From: Nitrosococcus oceani ATCC 19707
Lineage (GTDB): Bacteria > Pseudomonadota > Gammaproteobacteria > Nitrosococcales > Nitrosococcaceae
Length of the DNA stretch: 32,000 bases
Direction of reading: 5' to 3'
NCBI RefSeq assembly: GCF_000012805.1
Contig: NC_007484.1
Location: 2,310,001-2,342,000 of the forward strand
How positions within the stretch are numbered: the first letter of the stretch is position 1; every line of letters starts with the position of its first letter. The position numbers were made by a program, and so were the translations under genes. Under the pieces are notes generated by a model that had not been told where the DNA came from, did not search any database, and saw only the letters and a list, made by a program, of their open reading frames with translations. Below, piece by piece: positions 8,870 through 16,907 of the stretch.

Positions 8870-9275
8870 ACAATGAATCATTCTGGAAGCAGGGATTTGA
8901 AAAGGTTTACTCTTGGGCAACTGCGGCCCGCTACTTGGATTCGGTATCATGCCACCGTTCTCCCACTCGGCAATCAGCAACGACAATCCCTATTGAGAAG
9001 CTTTGTTTAAGACTTTGAAATATTGCCAGATTTATCCGCCGCACCTGTTTGCCGATGTCATCAAAACCCGGCAGTGAATCACCGAGCTGGTATTACTACA
9101 ATTACCTCTATCGCCACAGCGCCATTTAGTTCGTAACGCTCGCCAGGCGGGCACGCCGGACTGAATAGTGCGATCCTGGTCACTCGCCCCACCCCGAACG
9201 TTGGAACTGCAGCGCTCGAAATTGGAAGCCGGTTGAGATTGTGTGTCTCAATCCTCTTGATCACAGGTCCAAAAA
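8870..9275 (+). mobile_element. Remnant of an IS3-type (rve/DDE integrase) transposase C-terminus; pseudogene
   Basis: Translations interrupted by stops and frameshifts:
- NHSGSRDLKRFTLG (degenerate HSDNG).
- LGFGIMPPFSHSAISNDNPY*EALFKTLKYC from about 8935.
- YYYNYLYRHSAI*FVT from about 9096.
- RNWKPVEIVCLNP at 9217-9255.
These match my recollection of the SRPxVSNDNPYSExLFxTLKY...WYNxEHRHSxI...RNWxPVxxVxLNP transposase tail. Confidence 0.65.
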
Positions 9276-9335
9276 CAACCTTTCGTTCAACCTCAAAAGT
9301 AGTGCGGGAGCAATAGTATTGAAGCTATAAGTAGC

Positions 9336-9365
9336 TTGACAATTAACGCTTTCAAACGCTATGCT
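9336..9365 (+). promoter_or_regulatory. Candidate sigma70 promoter for the DksA/TraR-like gene
   Basis: TTGACA (9336-9341), an 18-nt spacer, then TATGCT (9360-9365), about 75 nt upstream of the ATG. A 6-bp inverted repeat aagcta/tagctt abuts the -35. A gatcagt-N8-actgatc hairpin lies in the predicted leader. Confidence 0.45.
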
Positions 9366-9439
9366 CGAAGGCCATCTTAGAGATCAGTAGATTAGCACTG
9401 ATCGATGCCCAGCTTGGAAAACCTGCTATTCATAATGCC

Positions 9440-9847
9440 ATGAATGCCCCTGAAAACTCCCTTACAAAAGAACAAATCACACATTTTGCACAACGGATCG
9501 ATGCGCGCAAGAGCCTTCTGCTTGATGAAATACGACAGGTGCTTGCGCGCTCCACGAATGAGCACTATGTCGATCTCGTAGGCGGAGTGGGCGATTCAGG
9601 CGATAAGGCGGCAGCCTCTTTGCTACGCGACATCACCGAGGCCGAAATTATCCGCGATATAGGAGAGGTGCGTGACATCGCTGCGGCGGAACAGCGCATC
9701 GCGGCAGGGCAGTACGGCCTGTGCATCGACTGCGGCGAGGCTATCCGGTACAAACGGCTGGATGCATATCCGACTGCCAAGCGCTGCTTCACATGTCAGA
9801 TACGCCGCGAAAAACTGCAAGCGCCTTCACCCTACACGGGCCGATGA
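9440..9847 (+). CDS. DksA/TraR family C4-type zinc-finger protein (DksA paralogue)
   Basis: 135-aa ORF. It aligns by eye to E. coli DksA: LTKEQITHFAQRI versus MNEAQLAHFRRIL, coiled-coil tip GDSGDKAA versus PDPVDRAA (DxxDxA retained), and zinc finger CIDCGEAIRYKRLDAYPTAKRCFTCQ (CxxC-N17-CxxC). Confidence 0.85.
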   Translation: MNAPENSLTKEQITHFAQRIDARKSLLLDEIRQVLARSTNEHYVDLVGGVGDSGDKAAASLLRDITEAEIIRDIGEVRDIAAAEQRIAAGQYGLCIDCGEAIRYKRLDAYPTAKRCFTCQIRREKLQAPSPYTGR

Positions 9848-10144
9848 CCGTATAAAAGAGAACAGGCTTATTCTCTGCGTCGTAGCTAAATAGATCGGCG
9901 CTTTTGATACTATCCACACAGGGATGTGCGCCATACCGTGCGGCGGTACGGAGGCGATGGACTAGTTGCGGCTCTCAGTCATATCATATGCCCAGCCCGC
10001 ACCTACTTTCTGGTTTGGGGAGCGGCCAGGATGGTTGACGCCAGTGCCGGAAGGGCTCCGTGAGCTCGGTTTCAGTTATCCAATCTAATCTTATCGGGGA
10101 TGCAAAAGCATCTTTCGTTGACTTAGGATCAGGGACGGGAGATG

Positions 10145-10188
10145 GCAGCGCATCAGCAACTGACCGAAGCTACGCGCTGCATTTTTTG
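10145..10188 (+). terminator. Candidate intrinsic terminator inside the ORF-poor spacer
   Basis: gcagcgc (10145-10151) pairs with gcgctgc (10174-10180), a 7-bp GC-rich stem with a partly paired 22-nt loop. It is followed directly by aTTTTTTg (10181-10188). Confidence 0.45.
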
Positions 10189-10325
10189 CACTTGGTTATT
10201 GGAAACCGCCCATATTTCATACTCTGCCCGATTCTACTACCAACGAACTATAGCGACATTCACAATAATACTGAACAATTTTCTGCTTTCTTAATACCGG
10301 CTTAGGACGAGCGCCGGGGCGCAAG

Positions 10326-11186
10326 TCACGCCGTATCGATAGGATCGGGAAGCACGAGCAGACTACGCAGATCCTCTGGAAGCTGGCGTCTAAGATCCTC
10401 CACTTGACCCGGGCTAATTGCCTTTGCGATCGTGCCGATCACCTCTTCAGCCCGTGCCGTATCCAACCCCAGCTGTTGAGACAATTCAGTAATGGCGGTC
10501 TCCCGGGTAATGGATTTGTCCGGACCTGGCTGTAGCGCACGCAGCGGCGATTGCAACAACGATGGGAGCTGCGCGATGAGATCCTTCGCCTCTCCAGGCG
10601 TGACTCGCCGGACCAACAACGCGAGTATAGTCTCGACGGCGATCCGCGCCTGTTGCCGATCCTCAAGGCCCGTCTCCGTCTGTACCGCGTTAATCAATCG
10701 CGACAGTGTCGCCTCGGCCCGAGCGAGGCTCCGTCGGCGCGCCGGTGATCGAGGACTTTCGGTTGGGCCGCCTTCTCCGATTTGCGCCTGGACGATCGCA
10801 GCCAACTCCTCCAACGGTGCGGCCTCATCGAGTAGCAGATCATCGAGCGTCACCATACCCACGACCCGGTTGTTCTCGCTGAGCGGGATACGCCGGACGT
10901 TGCCTTGCTGCATGAGCGCTATCGCCTCCTCACGGCTGTCCGCGAGAGTCAGCATCAACGGCGAAGGGGTCATCACCTCGGTGATGGCCGTATTCTCGGG
11001 ATCGAGCTTGTGGCCCAGCGCACGCACGGCGAGATCCCGGTCAGTCACGATGCCGACGATACGCCCATGATCCTGCACCACGATGGCGCCGATACTATTA
11101 TTCTCCATGGCACGTGCTGCTTCCAGCACAGAACTCTTCGAACTGAGGACCACGAGCCGTGGCCGGCGATACCAGTAAAGGGGCAT
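10326..11186 (-). CDS. CBS-pair domain protein with C-terminal tandem DUF2267-like domains
   Basis: Two CBS motifs (SIGAIVVQDHGRIVGIVTDRDLAVRAL and VRRIPLSENNRVVGMVTLDDLLLD), then two helical repeats with the DUF2267-like signature (PGEAKDLIAQLPSLL and PGQVEDLRRQLPEDLRSLL). AGGAG lies 9 nt before the ATG, and the gene starts 24 nt downstream of the hpf-like stop. Confidence 0.8.
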   Translation of the reverse strand: MPLYWYRRPRLVVLSSKSSVLEAARAMENNSIGAIVVQDHGRIVGIVTDRDLAVRALGHKLDPENTAITEVMTPSPLMLTLADSREEAIALMQQGNVRRIPLSENNRVVGMVTLDDLLLDEAAPLEELAAIVQAQIGEGGPTESPRSPARRRSLARAEATLSRLINAVQTETGLEDRQQARIAVETILALLVRRVTPGEAKDLIAQLPSLLQSPLRALQPGPDKSITRETAITELSQQLGLDTARAEEVIGTIAKAISPGQVEDLRRQLPEDLRSLLVLPDPIDTA

Positions 11187-11210
11187 GACTCCACTCTCCT
11201 TAGATAGGGA

Positions 11211-11603
11211 TTAATCGTTGGCCGTTTGCAATGCTCGCGAACGGCCTTTCAGAGGTTTCGTACGGCGGCGGTCGGTGGCGCGACACACAGCCCGTTCCAT
11301 CCGGGTGAGGGCACCGTCCATGGCAGCTTGCAGCGCCTCGTGCCGCTCCTCGACCACAACGCTCGGCAGCCCACGCAGCACAACCTTGATCCGGCAACGC
11401 TTATCGACCCCGCCACGAGGACCGTTGATGTCCTCCACGCGCGCGCTTGTGCGCTCGACCGCAGGCACGAACTTGCAGAGCTTTTGTCCAAGTTTGCCTC
11501 TGAGGTATTGCCGATCTCCGGAACCAAGCACGGGACCAACCGAGCGTATATAAATTGGCATCTCGGCCACCGGGGCATCATTCCCAGCACTTTGTTTTTT
11601 CAT
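11211..11603 (-). CDS. HPF/RaiA (S30AE, sigma54-modulation protein) family ribosome-associated factor, short form
   Basis: The core MPIYIRSVG...YLRGKLGQKLCKFVPAVERTSARVEDINGPRGGVDKRCRIKVVLRGLPSVVVEERHEALQAAMDGALTRMERAV matches the short HPF/RaiA pattern. I prefer ATG 11603 (AAGGAG 9 nt upstream) over the TTG at 11612. Confidence 0.75.
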   Translation of the reverse strand: MKKQSAGNDAPVAEMPIYIRSVGPVLGSGDRQYLRGKLGQKLCKFVPAVERTSARVEDINGPRGGVDKRCRIKVVLRGLPSVVVEERHEALQAAMDGALTRMERAVCRATDRRRTKPLKGRSRALQTAND

Positions 11604-11786
11604 CCTACTCAACTCCTTGGCAGCACAGAATGCTGAACCTTAAGCAGATGCGAGATTAAACGCTACTCTAACAGCGTAGCCACCGGACTCTCAGAAAGCA
11701 AACACTTGCTGGCAATAATTAGGTACCCCTGTTGATTGCACACAGGCTGGACGTCTGATAAAAGGCATAAGTGTGCCGAACATCTC

Positions 11787-12052
11787 GGTGATCGCGGTTA
11801 TGATCCCAACGCTATTCTCGAACAGGCAGAAGAGCAAGAGGGATGAGCGCCGTTATTCCACCAAGGAAAAACCGAACGGAGCAAAGGGTATATGACGAAG
11901 ACCTCCACCGATTACGCCATCTGGTCGGAAATGCTTTCCTGCACCTAAAGCACTGACGTGGTATCGCCCCACCAAATAGGCCAAAAACACAGCATCCTCC
12001 CTCGCTGCTGTGCAGATTGAGATGCATCGCTCTTTGGGCCAAAATCTCGTGA
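11787..12052 (+). mobile_element. Remnant of an IS5-family DDE transposase C-terminus; pseudogene
   Basis: GDRGYDPNAILEQAEEQEG*, then MSAVIPPRKNRTEQRVYDEDLHRLRHLVGNAFLHLKH*RGIA, then AKNTASSLAAVQI in another frame. This matches the ADRGYDS...IPPRKNR...Y..RHLVENAF..LK.WRGIATRY.K...SFLA tail of IS5-family transposases and is broken by stops and frameshifts. Confidence 0.7.
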
Positions 12053-12106
12053 CTACACTATCTAGATTTATCCATTACCTCTTTCTCAACCAGCCCCGCA
12101 TAGAAT

Positions 12107-13489
12107 ATGCTGATCGCCGAAACGAGGACTCACTTACTTTTTATTTCAGTTGATAGAGGCAAAACCATTTTGAGTACGGATCGCCCTTTGCACGAAGTCC
12201 ATTGGTTTAGGAGCGCTGCCCCTTATATTCATGCCCACCGGAACCGCACATTTACTATCGCTTTCACAGGAGAGGCGATACAGGAGCCTAGCTTTCCAAA
12301 TCTTATCCATGATATTGCCCTGCTAGGCAGCCTCGGCATCCAACTGGTCTTAGTCCATGGCGCCCGCCCCCAAATTGAAGCCGCCCTTGCCCAACGGAGA
12401 TTGAAGCTACGTTATGTTAGGGGTCTACGGGTAACAGACAATGCCGCCCTGCCTTGCGTTAAAGAAGCCGTCGGTGCGGTACGGCTTGAAATAGAAGCTC
12501 TGCTATCCATGGGCTTACCCAACTCCCCCATGGCGGGAGCCCGAGTCCGGGTTGCTTCCGGTAATTTCATTACTGCCCGCCCTTTAGGAGTCAGGGAAGG
12601 AATAGACTATCGTCATACAGGAGAAGTGCGTAAGGTCGATGTCGAAGCGATACGGCAGCGCCTTAATAACAACGCCATCGTTCTGCTTTCTCCGTTGGGT
12701 TACTCTCCCACCGGCGAGGTCTTTAATCTTAGCGCGGAAGATGTGGCCACAGCCTCCGCCATCGCCTTGGGAGCAGATAAATTAATCTTTATTGGCACCG
12801 GTGGCTTGCCCGCCACAGCCCCTTTTCCTCTGCCCCGGGAGCTGACTGCCAGCGAGGCGAAAAAGTTACTAGAATCAACTCCCGGATTACCTCCCGAACT
12901 TGCGGGTCACCTTCAGAGCGCTATTCATGCTTGCCGCCTCAGAGTCCCTCGAGTCCATATTATTGATCAGCATTTGGATGGAGCCCTATTAATGGAGCTA
13001 TTTAGCCGGGATGGTATAGGCACCCTGGTAACGGCTATGGCCTTCGAAGACACCCGGCGGGCAGCAATTGAGGATGTGGGCGGAATTCTGGAACTGATTG
13101 CTCCCCTAGAGGAGAAGGATCTTTTAGTGCGGCGCTCACGAGAACGATTAGAAATGGAAATTCATCATTTTACGGTCATGGAGCGAGATGGAACCGTCAT
13201 TGGCTGCGCGGCACTCTATCCTTTTCCAGAAGAAAAAATGGGTGAACTCGCCTGCTTGGTAATCCACCCTGATTACCGCCAATCTGGGCGGGCCACGGCC
13301 CTTCTGTCTAGCATAGAAAAGGGGGCCAAACAGCGGGGCCTTAACCGCCTTTGCGTCCTAACCACTCAAACTGCCCACTGGTTTCAGGAACGGGGATTCG
13401 AACCTGCCGATCTAGCCGCTTTACCAGAAAATAAACGGGTGCTCTACAATTACCAACGTAATAGTAAAGTATTTATAAAATATCTATGA
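12107..13489 (+). CDS. argA: Amino-acid N-acetyltransferase (N-acetylglutamate synthase), AAK + GNAT domains
   Basis: WFRSAAPYIHAHRNRTFTIAFTGEAI...LGIQLVLVHGARPQIEAAL parallels the E. coli ArgA N-terminus, and the C-terminus is a GNAT domain (ELACLVIHPDYRQSGRATALL). The start is uncertain: ATG 12107 has no SD, whereas TTG 12170 has AGAGG 10 nt upstream and would match E. coli length better. Confidence 0.88.
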   Translation: MLIAETRTHLLFISVDRGKTILSTDRPLHEVHWFRSAAPYIHAHRNRTFTIAFTGEAIQEPSFPNLIHDIALLGSLGIQLVLVHGARPQIEAALAQRRLKLRYVRGLRVTDNAALPCVKEAVGAVRLEIEALLSMGLPNSPMAGARVRVASGNFITARPLGVREGIDYRHTGEVRKVDVEAIRQRLNNNAIVLLSPLGYSPTGEVFNLSAEDVATASAIALGADKLIFIGTGGLPATAPFPLPRELTASEAKKLLESTPGLPPELAGHLQSAIHACRLRVPRVHIIDQHLDGALLMELFSRDGIGTLVTAMAFEDTRRAAIEDVGGILELIAPLEEKDLLVRRSRERLEMEIHHFTVMERDGTVIGCAALYPFPEEKMGELACLVIHPDYRQSGRATALLSSIEKGAKQRGLNRLCVLTTQTAHWFQERGFEPADLAALPENKRVLYNYQRNSKVFIKYL

Positions 13490-13510
13490 TCCTTTAGGCT
13501 TGCTCCCCCC

Positions 13511-14944
13511 TTAACTCAACTTCTTTTTCAATAGCTCATTGAGTTGCTGAGGATTAGCCTTACCCTTAGAGGTCTTCATCACTTGGCCAACAAAAAAACC
13601 AAAAAGTTTATCTTTACCCCCTTGGTACTGCGTTACCTGCTGAGGATTAGCCGCCAATACCTCATCAATAAGCTTTTCAATGCTAGCTGTATCCGTTACC
13701 TGCTTTAAGCCTTGGCGTGCGATAATCTCATCGGCTTTACCCCCCTGAGCATACATTGTTTCAAATACGGTCTTGGCAATTTTGCCAGAGATAGTTTCAT
13801 CGGCAATGCGCTTGATCAATTGGCCGAGTTGCTCTGGAGAGACAGGGCTGTCCGCAATGCTTTTTCCTTCTTTGTTGAGGGCACCCGCCAAATCCCCCAT
13901 CACCCAGTTAGCACTCAGCTTTGCTTCTCCATCAGCGGTTTTGACCACCGCTTCGTAGTAATCAGCCAATTCCCGGCTCGCTGTCAGCACGCTGGCATCA
14001 TAGGCGGAGAGGGCATACTCCATCACGAACCGCTTCCGCTTGGCATCGGGAAGCTCTGGTAAAGTTTCCCGAACCTCATCGATAAAGCTATCCTCTAGCA
14101 CTAACGGCAACAGATCTGGATCGGGAAAATAGCGATAGTCAGTAGCTTCCTCTTTGGTGCGCATGGGACGAGTTTCATTTTTTGCCGGATCGAAGAGGCG
14201 GGTTTCCTGAAGCACCTGGCCCCCTGACTCCAGAACTTCAGTTTGGCGCTCGATTTCATATTGGAGGGCCCGCTCCACAAAGCGGAAGGAATTAATGTTC
14301 TTAAGCTCCGTACGGGTACCCAAAGTCTCCTGCCCTTGAGGACGAATGGAAATATTCGCATCACAACGAAAAGACCCTTCCTGCATATTACCATCGCAAA
14401 TTCCAAGGTAACGTACTAACGTGTGGATCTTTTTCATATAAGTTACCGCTTCCTTGGTCGAACGTAAATCCGGGCCAGAAACGATTTCTAGCAAGGGAGT
14501 ACCAGCCCGGTTCAGGTCAATGCCAGTCATCCCATGAAAATCCTCATGCAAAGATTTCCCCGCATCTTCTTCCAGGTGGGCGCGAACGATCTCGATACGC
14601 TTCTCGACACCATCCTCCAATTCAATGATCACATGACCATCGGCCACAATAGGAAGTTCGTACTGGCTGATCTGATAACCTTTAGGTAAATCTGGGTAAA
14701 AGTAGTTTTTACGGGCAAAAACAGAGTGTTTAGCTATTTTAGCTTCAATAGCTAACCCAAACTTGACCGCCATACGGACAACCGCCTGATTGAGTACCGG
14801 CAGCACTCCAGGTAAACCCAAATCAACGGCACAAGCCTGGGTGTTGGGGGGAGCACCATAGGCGGTGGCCGCACCCGAGAAAATCTTAGACTTTGTTGCG
14901 AGCTGGGCATGGATTTCTAACCCAATGACTGGTTCCCATTGCAT
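13511..14944 (-). CDS. gatB: Asp-tRNA(Asn)/Glu-tRNA(Gln) amidotransferase subunit B
   Basis: [40 protein letters not shown], and a C-terminal GatB/YqeY domain ([19 protein letters not shown]). I prefer ATG 14944 over the upstream TTG at 14956. Confidence 0.93.
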   Translation of the reverse strand: MQWEPVIGLEIHAQLATKSKIFSGAATAYGAPPNTQACAVDLGLPGVLPVLNQAVVRMAVKFGLAIEAKIAKHSVFARKNYFYPDLPKGYQISQYELPIVADGHVIIELEDGVEKRIEIVRAHLEEDAGKSLHEDFHGMTGIDLNRAGTPLLEIVSGPDLRSTKEAVTYMKKIHTLVRYLGICDGNMQEGSFRCDANISIRPQGQETLGTRTELKNINSFRFVERALQYEIERQTEVLESGGQVLQETRLFDPAKNETRPMRTKEEATDYRYFPDPDLLPLVLEDSFIDEVRETLPELPDAKRKRFVMEYALSAYDASVLTASRELADYYEAVVKTADGEAKLSANWVMGDLAGALNKEGKSIADSPVSPEQLGQLIKRIADETISGKIAKTVFETMYAQGGKADEIIARQGLKQVTDTASIEKLIDEVLAANPQQVTQYQGGKDKLFGFFVGQVMKTSKGKANPQQLNELLKKKLS

Positions 14945-14968
14945 GTGTAGCCCCAATTAATTATGAGA

Positions 14969-16360
14969 TTATAGACTAGAGATATCCGGCAAACGAGAGT
15001 GATCCGCCGAAAGGTCGGCGGGGGTTCTAACTGCCACTGTTGGCCGGCCGATCGAGTAATAAACGATACCCTGGCTTGCTACGAGGCCCGGATCGTACAG
15101 ATTGCGGCCATCGAATACGACTGGTGTTTTGAGGGTAGTTTTAACCCCTTCAAAGTCCAAACTCCGAAATACGTTCCATTCCGTAGTTATTGCGAGCGCA
15201 TCGGCACCTTCCAAAGCCGCTTCTGGAGTCTCGCATAAAGTCAAATCCTGCCGGCTGCCATAAATGCGCTGCGCTTCCTTGCTAGCGATTGGATCATAGG
15301 CCTGAACTCGAACTCCGCTTTTCCAGAGCGCTTCCATGAGGGTACGACTGGGCGCTTCGCGCATATCGTCGGTATTAGGTTTGAAAGCTAAACCCCAAAG
15401 TGCAATAGTCCGTCCCGCGAGCTGACCCTTAAAATGGCCTTGAATTTTGTTAAAAAGGGTTTGCTTTTGCTGATTGTTTACCCTTTCTACCGCATTAAGT
15501 AAGTCGGCATTATAATCTACTTCCCAGGCAATTCGCTCTAGGGCCTTAACATCCTTAGGAAAACAGGAACCGCCGTAGCCACAACCCGGATAGATAAAAT
15601 GGTAGCCAATTCGTGGATCGGCGCCTATCCCCAGGCGGACTTGCTCAATATCCGCGCCAAGCTTTTCAGCCAGATTGGCCATTTCATTCATAAAACTAAT
15701 TTTGGTGGCCAACATGGCATTAGCCGCATACTTAGTCAACTCCGCAGAGCGTATATCCATTGCTACTAGGCGATCATGGCTTCGATTGAAAGGCGCGTAT
15801 AGTATCCTCAGCAGTTCAGTAGTGCGAGGGTTATCGGCACCGACAATGATCCGATCAGGCTTCATAAAGTCTTCAATAGCCGCGCCTTCCTTAAGAAATT
15901 CGGGATTAGAGACCACGTCGAACTCAAGATTTACACCTCGTTCTCCCAGAGTTTCGTAAATAGTATCCTTAACTTTATCAGCCGTTCCCACAGGCACGGT
16001 GGATTTATTGACTACAATACGATAATCCTTCATATTTTTGCCAATGCTGCGCGCCACTGCCAATACATACTGGAGATCCGCAGAACCGTCCTCATCAGGA
16101 GGTGTACCTACCGCGATAAACTGGAAAAGCCCGTGAGCGATCCCTTGAGCAATATCGGTGCTAAAGCCGAGCCGTTTGCCTGCTATATTCTTCTGTACCA
16201 AAGCGTCTAATCCAGGTTCGTGGATAGGCACTTCCCCTTGCTTGAGCATCGCAATTTTTTGCTCGTCGATATCGATGCAGAGTACTTCATTGCCGACTTC
16301 TGCTAGGCAAGTACCCGTCACAAGGCCCACATAGCCCGAACCAAACACAGTGACTTTCAT
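14969..16360 (-). CDS. ugd: UDP-glucose 6-dehydrogenase
   Basis: Rossmann N-terminus [16 protein letters not shown], catalytic Cys context [11 protein letters not shown], and UDPG/MGDP dehydrogenase central and C-terminal domains. Confidence 0.9.
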   Translation of the reverse strand: MKVTVFGSGYVGLVTGTCLAEVGNEVLCIDIDEQKIAMLKQGEVPIHEPGLDALVQKNIAGKRLGFSTDIAQGIAHGLFQFIAVGTPPDEDGSADLQYVLAVARSIGKNMKDYRIVVNKSTVPVGTADKVKDTIYETLGERGVNLEFDVVSNPEFLKEGAAIEDFMKPDRIIVGADNPRTTELLRILYAPFNRSHDRLVAMDIRSAELTKYAANAMLATKISFMNEMANLAEKLGADIEQVRLGIGADPRIGYHFIYPGCGYGGSCFPKDVKALERIAWEVDYNADLLNAVERVNNQQKQTLFNKIQGHFKGQLAGRTIALWGLAFKPNTDDMREAPSRTLMEALWKSGVRVQAYDPIASKEAQRIYGSRQDLTLCETPEAALEGADALAITTEWNVFRSLDFEGVKTTLKTPVVFDGRNLYDPGLVASQGIVYYSIGRPTVAVRTPADLSADHSRLPDISSL

Positions 16361-16907
16361 TTAATGTCCTATTTATCAAATAACTTACGCTTCCAGTCAC
16401 ACCTGCTGGCCATACATCCCCCTCCTCCCCCGCGTGAGGTAATGGAGGTGAACCAGCAGTCGGCGTACCCGGTCGATGCTTCTATCAATATTTAGGAAGA
16501 TCCTCGCTGAATAATCCCTCTTGTTCGATCTCTTATAGCCCTCAAGCAGTTTCTATAGGTTGCAGCTTGGGTTATTTAAGCTAATAAAGAAGTTGACCGA
16601 TATAAAAGCAATAAAAAAATTGGTTGATCTCCATTAAATATAATTCTTTAGACGAAGCGATCTATTTGCTAGTATTGAAGGATAATTCGCTGCTTCCATA
16701 TTTATATTGTTTTCTTGCCAAGCTGGTACTTTTCCAGACTGGTGCTTACAAAACCCCACAGGCCGCGGACCACTATTGAATGGCTTACGAACTAAACAGC
16801 TATTATCCAATCTCATAGCAGAGTAATCTCCCGCTCTGTCATTTAAGAGCATTATGTATTAAAGAAAGATTTACTCACTTTAAAAAAACCAGCTGAAGCA
16901 TACTATA

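Noticed and set aside
10060-10305. An 81-aa + ORF in the spacer of the GC-rich block.
   Set aside because: It has a GTG start without an SD and low-complexity sequence. It reads through the hairpin plus T-tract at 10145-10188 into AT-rich DNA.
11618-11634. TGGCAG-N..-TGCT sigma54-like motif near the hpf-like gene.
   Set aside because: It lies on the + strand pointing away from hpf, and the spacing is 1 nt too long. It overlaps the hpf SD region and is probably fortuitous.
10492-11636. Several long ORFs overlapping or antisense to the CBS-DUF2267 and hpf-like genes (10492..11070 +, 10905..11207 +, 11218..11553 +, 11226..11636 +, 11249..11590 -).
   Set aside because: They are rich in Arg, Ser, Ala and Pro, have no recognisable motifs and lie in the GC-rich block, where stop codons are rare in all frames. 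The CBS and HPF frames carry clear family motifs and AGGAG SDs.
16364-16513. A 49-aa + ORF (MSYLSNNLRFQSHLLAIHPPPPPREV...) starting 4 nt from the ugd start codon.
   Set aside because: Its SD would have to lie inside ugd, and the proline run derives from the structured GC-rich ugd leader. There is no supporting signal.
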